Below, one piece after another: positions 30,091 to 39,620 of a DNA stretch of 61,498 nt. The position numbers were made by a program, and so were the translations under genes. The stretch covers positions 1 through 61,498 of the forward strand of contig JALEKC010000154.1 in the NCBI GenBank assembly GCA_022769325.1. Reading direction: 5' to 3'. The notes below the pieces were generated by a model that worked only from the letters and a program-made list of their open reading frames with translations, had not been told where the DNA came from and did not search any database. Numbering within the stretch: the stretch's first letter is position 1; every line of letters begins with the position of its first letter. This stretch comes from Eubacterium sp. GTDB lineage: Bacteria > Bacillota > Clostridia > Lachnospirales > Lachnospiraceae.

Positions 30091-30895
30091 TTTAATAAAA
30101 TATCAATTTGTTGATTTGAAGCCGAAAGATACGGTTGTTATTAATCACAATGAGAAGGGAGACAACTTTATCCCATTTGGAAAAAATGGGGGGATTTCGA
30201 TTGAAACCATTGGTCAACAGGAAGCGGAAAAGGCCATGGCCAGGATAAAAGAACAGGAATTTTCCGGTGAAAAAGAAACATCCATTTCCGAAGAGGAATT
30301 TCAAAAAAGCAAGGAAGAAGCTGATGTCCTAATATGTGAAGCCCAAAAAGAAGCAGAACAAATTCTTATGGATGCACAGAGTCAAATCCAGCTGCAATTG
30401 CAACAAGCCATGGAAGATGGAAGAAATCAAGGCTATCAGGATGGACTGCAGCAGGCAGAGCAGGAAATATTGCGAAAAGAAAAAGAAATAGATGAGGCAG
30501 CCAGAAACCAGCAAAGACAATTGGAAGAATATATAGATGGCATTGAAAAGAAATATGTGGATGTGCTGATTGCATTATTACAAAAATTGACAGGCGTTTT
30601 AATTGAAAATCGCGATGATTTGATGTTATATTTGATACAGACAACCGTTCGTGATTTGAAGCCTTCCAATAAATATTGTATCCGGGTATCGGAAGAAGAT
30701 ATTTACCAATTGGAAAGTCAGAAAGAGCAGATTTTACAAGAAATAGGTGAAGATGCTACCCTTGAATGGATCGAAGAAAAAGGACTTGAAAAAGGTCAAT
30801 GTGTGATTGAAACAGAAAATCAAATGGTGGATTGTGGCTTTCAGACTCAATTGGAGACGTTGATTCGCGATTTGAAAATGCTGGTTCATTCTTAA
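30083..30895 (+). CDS. fliH: Flagellar assembly protein FliH
   Basis: GRNQGYQDG repeats and GQCVIET; likely TTG start at 30083 after GGAGGTGA. Confidence 0.9.
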   Translation: MSNLIKYQFVDLKPKDTVVINHNEKGDNFIPFGKNGGISIETIGQQEAEKAMARIKEQEFSGEKETSISEEEFQKSKEEADVLICEAQKEAEQILMDAQSQIQLQLQQAMEDGRNQGYQDGLQQAEQEILRKEKEIDEAARNQQRQLEEYIDGIEKKYVDVLIALLQKLTGVLIENRDDLMLYLIQTTVRDLKPSNKYCIRVSEEDIYQLESQKEQILQEIGEDATLEWIEEKGLEKGQCVIETENQMVDCGFQTQLETLIRDLKMLVHS

Positions 30896-30917
30896 AACTA
30901 TTGAAGCGAGGCATGGT

Positions 30918-32249
30918 ATGGAACAATCCGAAGGAATCCATTTTGACCGTTATGATGCCCTTTTGGAGCGAAGTTTTGTAAAACATCTGGGCAAAGTGAC
31001 AAAGGTGGTTGGACTTACCATTGAATCGGTTGGTCCGATGGCAAAATTAAATGATTTGTGTTTGATACGGTCGAACTCATCCTATAGCTTAATCAAAGCA
31101 GAAGTAGTTGGGTTTCGGGATGACCGTGTTCTTTTGATGCCTTATGATAATGTGGAAGGCGTTGGATTGGGAAGCTGGGTTGAAAATACGGGTGCACCGT
31201 TGCAGGTGCCGGTGAGTGATAAATTATTGGGACTGACTCTGGATGGGGTGGGGGAACCGATGAATGCAGAGAGTCTTGGGGATGATTGTGCGCACTATTC
31301 CGTAGAGGCATCACCACCGGATCCTTTGAGTAGAAAATTGATTGACCAGGTTTTGACGTTGGGTGTTAAAGCGGTAGATGGACTTTTGACAGTAGGAAAG
31401 GGACAAAGAATTGGTATTTTTGCCGGAAGCGGTGTTGGAAAGAGTACCTTAATGGGAATGTTTGCAAGAAATACCAAAGCCGATATCAATGTCATTGCCC
31501 TAATTGGCGAGCGAGGTCGTGAAGTCCGGGAATTCATTGAACGGGATCTTGGTGAAGAAGGAATGAAGCGTTCTGTGGTAGTGGTGGCTACCTCAGATAA
31601 ACCGGCATTGATTCGAAAAAAAGCGGCTCAGACAGCTACGGCTATTGCAGAATATTTTCGTGACCAGGGAAAAGATGTTTTGCTGATGATGGACTCATTG
31701 ACCCGTTTTTCTATGGCACAAAGAGAGATTGGTTTGGCTTCCGGAGAACCACCGGTATCCCGTGGCTATCCCCCCAGTGTGTATGCCCAGATGCCAAAAC
31801 TTTTGGAACGGGCAGGAAATTCGGACCGGGGTTCTATCACCGGTCTGTATACGGTATTGGTAGATGGTGATGATTTCAATGAACCCATTACGGATACCGC
31901 ACGAGGTATTTTAGATGGACATATCGTCTTATCCAGACAGATGGCCCAGAAAAATCATTATCCAGCCATCGATGTCTTGCAAAGTATCTCCCGTGTTATG
32001 AATTCTATTATATCGGGGGAACACAGGCGGGCGGCCGGAATGATGAAAAATGTTTTGGCAACGTACCAGGAAGCCGAAGATTTGATTAATATCGGTGCTT
32101 ATAAATCCGGATCCAATCCGGAAATTGATTTTGCAATTCAAAAAATCAAGGAAGTAAATGCCTTTTTACAACAGCAAACGGATGAGAAATATACATTTGA
32201 AGAATCCCTTGCATGCATGCTTGATATTTTTAAAGAGGATGGTGAATAA
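30918..32249 (+). CDS. fliI: Flagellar export ATPase FliI
   Basis: GSGVGKST, GERGREV and DSLTRF motifs. Confidence 0.97.
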   Translation: MEQSEGIHFDRYDALLERSFVKHLGKVTKVVGLTIESVGPMAKLNDLCLIRSNSSYSLIKAEVVGFRDDRVLLMPYDNVEGVGLGSWVENTGAPLQVPVSDKLLGLTLDGVGEPMNAESLGDDCAHYSVEASPPDPLSRKLIDQVLTLGVKAVDGLLTVGKGQRIGIFAGSGVGKSTLMGMFARNTKADINVIALIGERGREVREFIERDLGEEGMKRSVVVVATSDKPALIRKKAAQTATAIAEYFRDQGKDVLLMMDSLTRFSMAQREIGLASGEPPVSRGYPPSVYAQMPKLLERAGNSDRGSITGLYTVLVDGDDFNEPITDTARGILDGHIVLSRQMAQKNHYPAIDVLQSISRVMNSIISGEHRRAAGMMKNVLATYQEAEDLINIGAYKSGSNPEIDFAIQKIKEVNAFLQQQTDEKYTFEESLACMLDIFKEDGE

Positions 32250-32251
32250 CC

Positions 32252-32701
32252 ATGGGGCGGTTTTGCTTTTCATTGCAAAATATTTTAAACATGAAAGAAA
32301 AACTAGAGACACAGGCAAAAAATGAATATGCTCAGGCAAATGCCCATTTGCTTATGGAGCAGGAAAAATTGTGGCAGTTGGAAAATCGTTTGCAAAGAAA
32401 CCAGGAACTTTTAAAAAAAGAACTTGAGACCTCTCTTACTCTAAAAAAAATACGCAAATTAAGGCAGGATGGTGAAGTGTTAGAAAATTATATCCAACAG
32501 CAAAAACTTGTCATTGTGCGATGTGAAGCAGAAGTGGAAAATGCCAGAAAAAAACTGACGGAAGCCATGAAAGAACGAAAAATTTTTGAAAAACTTCGGG
32601 AGAAAGCATGGCGGCAATTCCAAAAGGAAGAATTGCTGAAAGAACAAAAAGAAGTAGATGAATTGGTAAGTTATACTTATTCCAAAGAAAGGAAAAACTG
32701 A
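32252..32701 (+). CDS. fliJ: Flagellar export protein FliJ
   Basis: FSLQNILN, coiled coil, EQKEVDE; follows fliI. Confidence 0.92.
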   Translation: MGRFCFSLQNILNMKEKLETQAKNEYAQANAHLLMEQEKLWQLENRLQRNQELLKKELETSLTLKKIRKLRQDGEVLENYIQQQKLVIVRCEAEVENARKKLTEAMKERKIFEKLREKAWRQFQKEELLKEQKEVDELVSYTYSKERKN

Positions 32702-32703
32702 TT

Positions 32704-33450
32704 ATGGCTGGAAAAAAGAAAAAAGATAAAAATGTAGAAGTGGCACAGGAAGAAAGCAATGGAAGCAAGTTGCTTACGATTTTAATCGTGATAGCGATTG
32801 TGCTTATTTGGCTTGGTATTTTTGGAGTATTGATTAAAATGGATGTTGGGAATTTCGGAAGCGAAGTACTGGCTCCGGTCATAAAAGACGTGCCAGTAAT
32901 CAATCGGATTTTGCCAAAAAGCGAGGAAGATACTCAGACACTGGCATATACCAATATTGATGAAGCAAATGCTAAAATCAAACAGCTTGAGAATGAACTG
33001 GCCTCTTTGAAAAGTACAAATTCCGCAAGTGAGGATGAAGTTTCACAGCTAAAGAAAGAAGTGGAGAGGCTGAAAAAATTTGAAGAACAGCAAAAATCTT
33101 TTGAACAACGGGTGAAAACTTTTGATGAGAATGTTGTTTATAATGATCAGGCACCGGATATTTCAGAATACAAAAAGTATTATGAGGAAATTGATCCGGA
33201 TAATGCGGCTTCTATTTATAAAGATGTGTCAAAAGATTTGATTTATTCTGACAAGATTACAAAACAGGCTACCATGTATGGAAAGATGGATCCGGAAAAG
33301 GCGGCTGCAGTGCTTGAAACCATGACAGGTGACTTGGATTTGGTTGCTTCTATTTTGGACAGTATGTCAGAATCGAAGAGTTCCGCAATTTTGGCAGAAA
33401 TGACGCCGGAAACGGCGGCTCAGATTACCACCAAAATGACTGCAAAATAA
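32704..33450 (+). CDS. YlxF/MotE-like flagellar protein (TM, coiled coil, MgtE_N-like repeats)
   Basis: N-terminal TM and YGKMDPEKAAAVLETM repeats; between fliJ and fliK. Confidence 0.8.
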   Translation: MAGKKKKDKNVEVAQEESNGSKLLTILIVIAIVLIWLGIFGVLIKMDVGNFGSEVLAPVIKDVPVINRILPKSEEDTQTLAYTNIDEANAKIKQLENELASLKSTNSASEDEVSQLKKEVERLKKFEEQQKSFEQRVKTFDENVVYNDQAPDISEYKKYYEEIDPDNAASIYKDVSKDLIYSDKITKQATMYGKMDPEKAAAVLETMTGDLDLVASILDSMSESKSSAILAEMTPETAAQITTKMTAK

Positions 33451-33463
33451 TGCCCACAACGGT

Positions 33464-33490
33464 TAAAGGACAATCTCTTTTATCCGATAT
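33464..33490 (+). promoter_or_regulatory. sigma28 (FliA/SigD) promoter upstream of fliK
   Basis: TAAA-15 nt-TCCGATAT, one mismatch to the TAAA-N15-GCCGATAT consensus, lying in an intergenic gap. Confidence 0.75.
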
Positions 33491-33538
33491 ATATAGTGGA
33501 ATGACTTGGGTGAATTATTTACCCGGAAAGGAGGAAAA

Positions 33539-34861
33539 ATGAAGACGGCAAACATATCATTTAATGTACAGGCAGTTCAGACAGGTGCTTCGGATAAGAT
33601 ATCCATGACAAAGGACAAATCTTTTGAAAAGATTATTTCCAAAAATATGGACCGCTCTTCGGATGGTTCCAGACAAACCAATAGTGGTAAGATGAATCCG
33701 GCCAAGGAGATTAAGGATGGTTTTGACTCCCATAAAATCACCGTTAAAACCGAAAAAAATGCCATGGATATGCAAGAAAAAGTGCCACTGGAAGAAATTT
33801 CACAACAAGTGACAGCGCTGTTGCAAAACGTATTTGGTTTATCCAAAGAAGATGTGGAAGATTTGCTCAAGGAATTGGACATGATTCCCTTGGATTTGCT
33901 TGTGACCGCAGCTGGTTTACAGGAAGGGCAGATGATAGGAAATGCTGAGAATTTGAAAGCCTTTGTATTGGAAGTTCATGGCATTGAAGATCCCAGCGCG
34001 ATGCTGATATCCGATGAACTGACCCAGGAGTGGACACAGATTACACAGGGAATTTCAGATATTTTGGAGCAAATTTCAGGAGTTTCGGAAGATTCTCCGG
34101 AGATGCAGAATTTCCTGCAAAATTTGTCAGAGACTTTGGACAACTTTAAAAATGTTCCGGAAAAGATGGATGTAAAAGTCACGGATGAACAGCTGCAAAA
34201 GGAGGACGCTGCCGTGGTTGCTTCCGCGATATCCGAAGAGGAAAGTATTCCCATAACGGTTGAAGTATCGGATGAAGCCGGACAGCAGGGCAGTTTTGAA
34301 AATCATTCGGATATGAGTTCTCAAACTTCCGTTGAACAAGAGGCTCCATTACCGGTCTTTGTGGAAAAACTGACACAGGCCTTTGAACCAAACGCAGAAA
34401 CAGCAGAAGTCCCTCAGGTTTCCATGCAAGAAATTGTGGATCAGGTAGTCAATCATATTCGTATCCGAGTATTACCACAAACGACCAGTATGGAATTGCA
34501 ATTAAATCCCGAATCTCTGGGACGCGTTCATTTGGCGGTTTCCTCTAACCAGGGAGTTGCCACAGCTACACTTACCGTGCAAAATGAAATGGCAAAAGAA
34601 GCGTTGGAAAGCCAATTGCTGGTATTAAGAGAAAATTTGGAAAGTCAAGGTTTGAAAGTGGAGTCGGTCGAGGTAAATGTATCTCATTTTGGTTTTAAAA
34701 ATCAAGAAGATTCCAACAATCATAATTTTGAGCAACGGAAGAATTCTTCCAGACGTTTTCGCGTGAATGCCGGGGAAACGGCACTTGACAGTCAAGAAGT
34801 TTCCGAAGAAGATGGACAGGAGCAGCAACAGGGAGACAGTACCGTAGATTATACGGCCTAA
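33539..34861 (+). CDS. fliK: Flagellar hook-length control protein FliK
   Basis: [13 protein letters not shown]...[17 protein letters not shown] (Flg_hook domain); ATG 33539 after AGGAGG. Confidence 0.93.
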   Translation: MKTANISFNVQAVQTGASDKISMTKDKSFEKIISKNMDRSSDGSRQTNSGKMNPAKEIKDGFDSHKITVKTEKNAMDMQEKVPLEEISQQVTALLQNVFGLSKEDVEDLLKELDMIPLDLLVTAAGLQEGQMIGNAENLKAFVLEVHGIEDPSAMLISDELTQEWTQITQGISDILEQISGVSEDSPEMQNFLQNLSETLDNFKNVPEKMDVKVTDEQLQKEDAAVVASAISEEESIPITVEVSDEAGQQGSFENHSDMSSQTSVEQEAPLPVFVEKLTQAFEPNAETAEVPQVSMQEIVDQVVNHIRIRVLPQTTSMELQLNPESLGRVHLAVSSNQGVATATLTVQNEMAKEALESQLLVLRENLESQGLKVESVEVNVSHFGFKNQEDSNNHNFEQRKNSSRRFRVNAGETALDSQEVSEEDGQEQQQGDSTVDYTA

Positions 34862-34898
34862 ATTCCGATTACAATTCCAGTTAGAAGGAGGCGAACAT

Positions 34899-35678
34899 AT
34901 GGCAACATCATTAGATGGTATCGTGACGGGTTTGAATGATTTAAGTCTCAGCAAAAACCGCGTCAACGAATCCCAGACATCTGACCGTGCAGTGGGAGGA
35001 AATCTTGGAAAAGATGAATTTTTGCAACTATTAGTATGTCAAATGAAAAACCAGGATCCACTGGAACCGGAAAAAGATACAGAATTTATTGCACAATTGG
35101 CACAGTTTTCCTCATTGGAGCAGATGCAGAATCTCAACGAGACAGCAGTGAATTCACAGGCTTTTGGATTGGTAGGAAAAGCAGTTGTTCTCAATACAAA
35201 AAGTACCAACGGAAATATTACGGAGGTACAAGGAGTGGTAGATTACATTACCATGAAAAATGGCAGTGCACAGTTATCTGTGAATGGTCAGTTGTATTCT
35301 ATGGATGATTTGGTTGAAGTAAAGCAATCCTATGCGGAAGTTCAAAAATATCTTCCATCGGTTGAGCAGACAGCGGCTGTTTATGACAAATCCAATAAGA
35401 GCTTTGTGGATATCAATATCAATCTGGGGAGTGGCAATTATGCAGCAAGCAGTGTGGCAGTGATGGTAAATGGAGAATATATCAAATCCGATTTTCTTTC
35501 TTTTGAGAATGGTGTTTTATCCATTGCACCGGGTGCTTTTGACCAGTTGGCAGATGGGGATTATAAATTAAGTTTATATTTTGATGACCCCTATGACACA
35601 GCCATTACCGATAAGGTTACTGTAAAAGTGATGGAAAGTGGCATTTCCAAGGATGAAAATGACACAAAGGAAGAATGA
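34899..35678 (+). CDS. flgD: Hook capping protein FlgD with an extra C-terminal Ig-like domain
   Basis: [22 protein letters not shown] and [12 protein letters not shown] motifs. Confidence 0.95.
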   Translation: MATSLDGIVTGLNDLSLSKNRVNESQTSDRAVGGNLGKDEFLQLLVCQMKNQDPLEPEKDTEFIAQLAQFSSLEQMQNLNETAVNSQAFGLVGKAVVLNTKSTNGNITEVQGVVDYITMKNGSAQLSVNGQLYSMDDLVEVKQSYAEVQKYLPSVEQTAAVYDKSNKSFVDININLGSGNYAASSVAVMVNGEYIKSDFLSFENGVLSIAPGAFDQLADGDYKLSLYFDDPYDTAITDKVTVKVMESGISKDENDTKEE

Positions 35679-35705
35679 TTCTTTCCTTAGGAGGTGGACA
35701 AAGCG

Positions 35706-36095
35706 ATGAATATACAAAATAGAAACTTTGCTTCCATCGATGAAATGCGGCAGAAATTAAATGCTGCCGAACCAAAAACAAATCAAACAGTGCCAAAGAA
35801 TCCAAAGGATTCACAGACCTTTGGTGCACTTTTGCAAGATACGGCAGAACGAGTTCGTTTTTCCAAACATGCCTCAAAACGTTTGGAAACAAGAAACATA
35901 TCCATGACGAAAGAGCAGAAAGCGCGTCTGGAAGAAGCTGCCAATCAAGCGGAAGAAAAAGGAATGACAGAATCCCTTGTTATGGTGGATAATCTTGCAT
36001 TTATATTAAATGTCAAAAATAAAACCATCGTGACAGCTGTAAATGGCACTTCCAATGCAGTTTTTACCAATATCGATGGAGCGATTATTAATTAA
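35706..36095 (+). CDS. Flagellar operon protein, TIGR02530-like, function unknown
   Basis: FSKHASKRLETRNI...KNKTIVTA...VFTNIDGA; located between flgD and flgE. Confidence 0.88.
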   Translation: MNIQNRNFASIDEMRQKLNAAEPKTNQTVPKNPKDSQTFGALLQDTAERVRFSKHASKRLETRNISMTKEQKARLEEAANQAEEKGMTESLVMVDNLAFILNVKNKTIVTAVNGTSNAVFTNIDGAIIN

Positions 36096-36113
36096 AATTG
36101 CAACTGAAATGAA

Positions 36114-36166
36114 CATGCTGGCCCTTAACAGGAGGCATGGAAATCCCCGACTGACAGAAGGGATTT
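36114..36166 (+). ncRNA. Candidate cis-regulatory tandem-hairpin RNA in the flgE leader
   Basis: CATGC/GCATG stem with inner CCT/AGG, then AAATCCC/GGGATTT stem enclosing CGACTGACAGAA; GC-rich island in an AT-rich spacer; no U tract. Confidence 0.5.
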
Positions 36167-36204
36167 ATTAAATGCTAGAATTAGAATATGGAGGGTGATT
36201 CATT

Positions 36205-37653
36205 ATGATGAGATCATTGTGGTCAGGTGTATCCGGATTGAAGGTACACCAGACAAAAATGGATGTAATAGGTAACAATATTGCAAATGTAAATACCGTT
36301 GGATTTCGTTCCAGTTCCGTTAATTTCACGGATGTATTTTATCAGACCACACAAGGGGCATCCGGACCCAATGCAGCGACAGGGGCTGCCGGAAGAAATG
36401 CCGTTCAAATCGGACTTGGTTCCAACGTGGCATCCATCAGCGTGAATATGAGTGGAACCGGTGCAACAAATCGTACCGATCGAGGAATGGATTTGATGAT
36501 TAACGGAGATGCCTTTTTTGTTGTAAGAAGCAATGGAAGTACATATTTTACAAAATCCGGATGTTTTGATATTGATGCTGCCGGAACGTTGTATTGTACC
36601 ACCAATGGAGCATCTGTATTGGGATGGGGTGTCGATGCCAATGGAGAAATCCGGAAAGACACAGTGGATACCTTGCAGTTGATGTCACCGGAAAATCAAA
36701 ATGCGGAGCCTGCAGCTACGACCAATGTTACTTTGTCCGGTAATATCGATAGCAAAGATAAAATGGTTGCGTTTAGTGCAGATGGAACAGGTTATCCGAT
36801 TTCGGTACAATTTTATGATAATGTTGGTAATTTGTTTACGGCAAAATTATCCGTGATGAAAGCGAATGCCACAACTGATAATGAATATACTGTTGGAATC
36901 ACAGATATTATGGATTCCAAAGGAGAATCTATTTTGAAACAGGCTACGGTTGATGCCAGTGGCAATACCGTATATAGTACAACCAATCAATATGTAAGTT
37001 TTGGTGGACAAAGTCCACTGAATTATACGGTTGACCCGGATGGTACCATTACTTTTGCACAGAGTACCTCTCTTTTGACGTTCAATGGTTCCTCCGGAGA
37101 ATTTGTAAGTGTATCCGGTGAAATTGAAGGAATGTTGAACTTAACCTTAAATGATGGAAATACAGAGAATAATGCTTTTCCGGTTGGTGGTGTTAATATC
37201 GATTTTTCCGGTCTTACCATGTATGCAGCGAAGGGAAGCTCTTCTGTGAAACCGGAGCGTGGAGATGTAAATGGTTACAATGCAGGTAATGCTGCCGGAA
37301 CATTAAACGGTTTTTCCATCGGAACCGATGGAAAAATATATGCTGTTTATAGCAATGGAGACGATAAGCTGCTTGGACAGATTGCAGTGGCATCATTTGC
37401 CAATCCTTCCGGACTGGAAGCATCTGGAAATAGTTTATTTGCGGCAACTTTGAACTCCGGTGACTTTGACGGTGTCGGTCAGGATATCACAGAGGTGGGA
37501 AGTTTCTCCGTGGGTGCCCTGGAAATGTCAGATGTGGATTTGGCAACAGAGTTCACCAACATGATTACCACACAGCGAGGATTTCAGGCAAATTCTCGTA
37601 CTATCACTACATCAGATACGATGTTGGAAGAGTTAATCAATTTGAAACGATAA
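36205..37653 (+). CDS. flgE: Flagellar hook protein FlgE
   Basis: IGNNIANVNTVGF, GALEMSDVDLATEF and QRGFQANSR motifs. Confidence 0.96.
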   Translation: MMRSLWSGVSGLKVHQTKMDVIGNNIANVNTVGFRSSSVNFTDVFYQTTQGASGPNAATGAAGRNAVQIGLGSNVASISVNMSGTGATNRTDRGMDLMINGDAFFVVRSNGSTYFTKSGCFDIDAAGTLYCTTNGASVLGWGVDANGEIRKDTVDTLQLMSPENQNAEPAATTNVTLSGNIDSKDKMVAFSADGTGYPISVQFYDNVGNLFTAKLSVMKANATTDNEYTVGITDIMDSKGESILKQATVDASGNTVYSTTNQYVSFGGQSPLNYTVDPDGTITFAQSTSLLTFNGSSGEFVSVSGEIEGMLNLTLNDGNTENNAFPVGGVNIDFSGLTMYAAKGSSSVKPERGDVNGYNAGNAAGTLNGFSIGTDGKIYAVYSNGDDKLLGQIAVASFANPSGLEASGNSLFAATLNSGDFDGVGQDITEVGSFSVGALEMSDVDLATEFTNMITTQRGFQANSRTITTSDTMLEELINLKR

Positions 37654-37663
37654 AATGAAAAAT

Positions 37664-37708
37664 AAAAAACGAAAAAGGGAAACTTTTGTTTCCCTTTTTT
37701 GTTTTTTT
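37664..37708 (+). terminator. Intrinsic terminator after flgE
   Basis: AAAAAGGGAAAC-TTTT-GTTTCCCTTTTTT followed by a further T run. Confidence 0.85.
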
Positions 37709-37718
37709 GTGGTATAAT
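37708..37718 (+). promoter_or_regulatory. Extended -10 sigmaA promoter for flbD-motAB and downstream genes
   Basis: TGTGGTATAAT (TRTGnTATAAT) directly after the terminator; -35 is poor. Confidence 0.65.
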
Positions 37719-37758
37719 AGAAAAGAGTATTGAAAAGTGTCGAAAAAGGAGGAAAAGT

Positions 37759-37953
37759 ATGATTGATGTCACACGGATGAATGGAAAACAATTTACACTA
37801 AATTCGGATTTGATTGAAACCATAGAGGAAACTCCGGACACGGTACTTACCTTAACTACGGGGAAGAAAATTATTGTAAAAGAAAGTAGACAAGAGGTAA
37901 AAAATCTAGTAAAATTGTATCGGAAAGAAATTTTTTCAATACCATTAGATTAA
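37759..37953 (+). CDS. flbD: FlbD/SwrD family flagellar protein
   Basis: MIDVTRMNG...LNSDLIETIEETPDTVLTLTTGKK; ATG 37759 after AGGAGG. Confidence 0.93.
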   Translation: MIDVTRMNGKQFTLNSDLIETIEETPDTVLTLTTGKKIIVKESRQEVKNLVKLYRKEIFSIPLD

Positions 37954-37978
37954 TTTAACATTAAGGTGGTGTATTTTT

Positions 37979-38788
37979 TTGGATTTAGCATCGATTATAG
38001 GGTTATTGGGGTGTGCGGCCGCAGTAGTATATGGAATTGTGTCGGGGGACCAAGGAGTTGCGGCACTGGGGAACTTTTATGATTTGACGTCCATATTGGT
38101 TACTATCGTTGGTTCCTTTATGTGTATGCTTACCATGTCAGATAGTATACCGAGCTTTTTGAACTCGTTAAAGTCATTTAAGCTTATACTAAAATCATCC
38201 ACGAGCAAGGAAAGCGAGATTATTCATACCATTATTGATTTGGCAAATGTTGCAAGAAAAGAGGGACTTCTTCAATTAGAAGAAGCAGCGGCAGATATTG
38301 ATGATGAATTTCTGAAAAAAGGTATTATGTTGGTTGTAGATGGTACAGATCAGGAATTGGTTACCAGTATTCTGGATACAGAATTAAGCAATATTGAGAG
38401 ACGTCACAATAAAGTTATCAGTTTTTGGGATGGTTTGGCGGCTATGGGTCCTGCATGGGGTATGATTGGTACGCTGGTTGGCTTGATTAATATGCTGAAA
38501 TTGTTGGATGACCCGAGTTCAATCGGTCCTAATATGTCAATTGCTTTGATTACAACCTTATATGGTTCTCTTCTTGCAAACTGGGTTTCTATTCCGGTTG
38601 CCTCGAAATTGCGTGCAATTAATGCAAAAGAGATTATGGAAAAAGAGGTAATCTGTGAGGGGATTTTGTCGATACAGGCTGGCGAAAATCCACGAGTTAT
38701 TGAAGAAAAATTGAAATCATTTCTTGCACCTAATCTTAGAGATTCTGTTTTGGGCGGTGAAGGGAATGAACAAGGTGGTGAAGGCTGA
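37979..38788 (+). CDS. motA: Flagellar stator A subunit (MotA/PomA-type)
   Basis: ARKEGLLQLE, GMIGTLVGL, ALITTLYG and IQAGENP motifs; TTG start. Confidence 0.95.
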   Translation: MDLASIIGLLGCAAAVVYGIVSGDQGVAALGNFYDLTSILVTIVGSFMCMLTMSDSIPSFLNSLKSFKLILKSSTSKESEIIHTIIDLANVARKEGLLQLEEAAADIDDEFLKKGIMLVVDGTDQELVTSILDTELSNIERRHNKVISFWDGLAAMGPAWGMIGTLVGLINMLKLLDDPSSIGPNMSIALITTLYGSLLANWVSIPVASKLRAINAKEIMEKEVICEGILSIQAGENPRVIEEKLKSFLAPNLRDSVLGGEGNEQGGEG

Positions 38789-39609
38789 TGGCACGAAGAA
38801 AGTCAGAAGAACCAGCATCCATTGAAGGCGGATGGATTAATACATTTGCAGATTTGATGAATTTGCTGTTGTGCTTTTTTGTGTTATTATTTTCCATGTC
38901 CACAGTAGATGCAGACAAATATGAGCAGATTGTTACTTCCTTATCGGAGAGCATTGATATTTTTCCTGATGGTGGAAAAGCCGTCGGAGAAGGGGCGTTT
39001 GTTTCCAGTGGTACAAGTCAGAAAATCTCCATGGAAGAATATTTCAATGAATTTGAACATAGTGGAGAAGACCAGAAATTGGAAGATGATTCCACGGAAA
39101 TATCCGAAGAAGAGAAATATAAGAAAAAACTGGAAGAACAGTTAAAAGAAAAAACAGAAGAGTTGTATGCAGAAGTATCCGAGAAAGCAGCAGCTAAGAA
39201 GATTCAAGACATGGTTAATGTGAACATGGACGAGCAGTATCAATATGTTCAGATTTCCTTGAATGGTGCGATTTTATTTGATTCCGGTTCGGATCAGATT
39301 AAGAAATCTGCAATTCCTCTTCTTAGCAAAGTTGGAGATATCCTGAAGATATATGATGACCATATGATAAAGATAGAGGGACATACAGATAATGTTCCGA
39401 TTTCCAGTAGTGCTTTTAAAAATAATATGTGGCTTTCCACAGCCAGAGCGACTCAGGTTTTTGAGTATTTTACAGAGCAAAAGCATTTGGATCCTAAGAC
39501 TTTGGAGACTACCGGACGAAGCCAGTATGACCCGGTGGCAGATAATAAGACGGAAAAGGGGCGCGCTCGAAACCGGCGTGTAGAAATTAAAATTTATACA
39601 GAAGAATGA
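38788..39609 (+). CDS. motB: Flagellar stator B subunit with OmpA-like domain
   Basis: WINTFADLMNLLLCFFVLLFS, IEGHTDN and NRRVEI motifs. Confidence 0.95.
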   Translation: MARRKSEEPASIEGGWINTFADLMNLLLCFFVLLFSMSTVDADKYEQIVTSLSESIDIFPDGGKAVGEGAFVSSGTSQKISMEEYFNEFEHSGEDQKLEDDSTEISEEEKYKKKLEEQLKEKTEELYAEVSEKAAAKKIQDMVNVNMDEQYQYVQISLNGAILFDSGSDQIKKSAIPLLSKVGDILKIYDDHMIKIEGHTDNVPISSSAFKNNMWLSTARATQVFEYFTEQKHLDPKTLETTGRSQYDPVADNKTEKGRARNRRVEIKIYTEE

Positions 39610-39620
39610 TACGGAGGTAG

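Noticed and set aside
31479-31486. Perfect GCCGATAT inside fliI
   Set aside because: No TAAA -35 element at the proper spacing.
36137-36154. Mini-ORF MEIPD after AGGAGG in the flgE leader
   Set aside because: SD-to-ATG spacing is 1 nt and both lie in a stem, so translation is unlikely.
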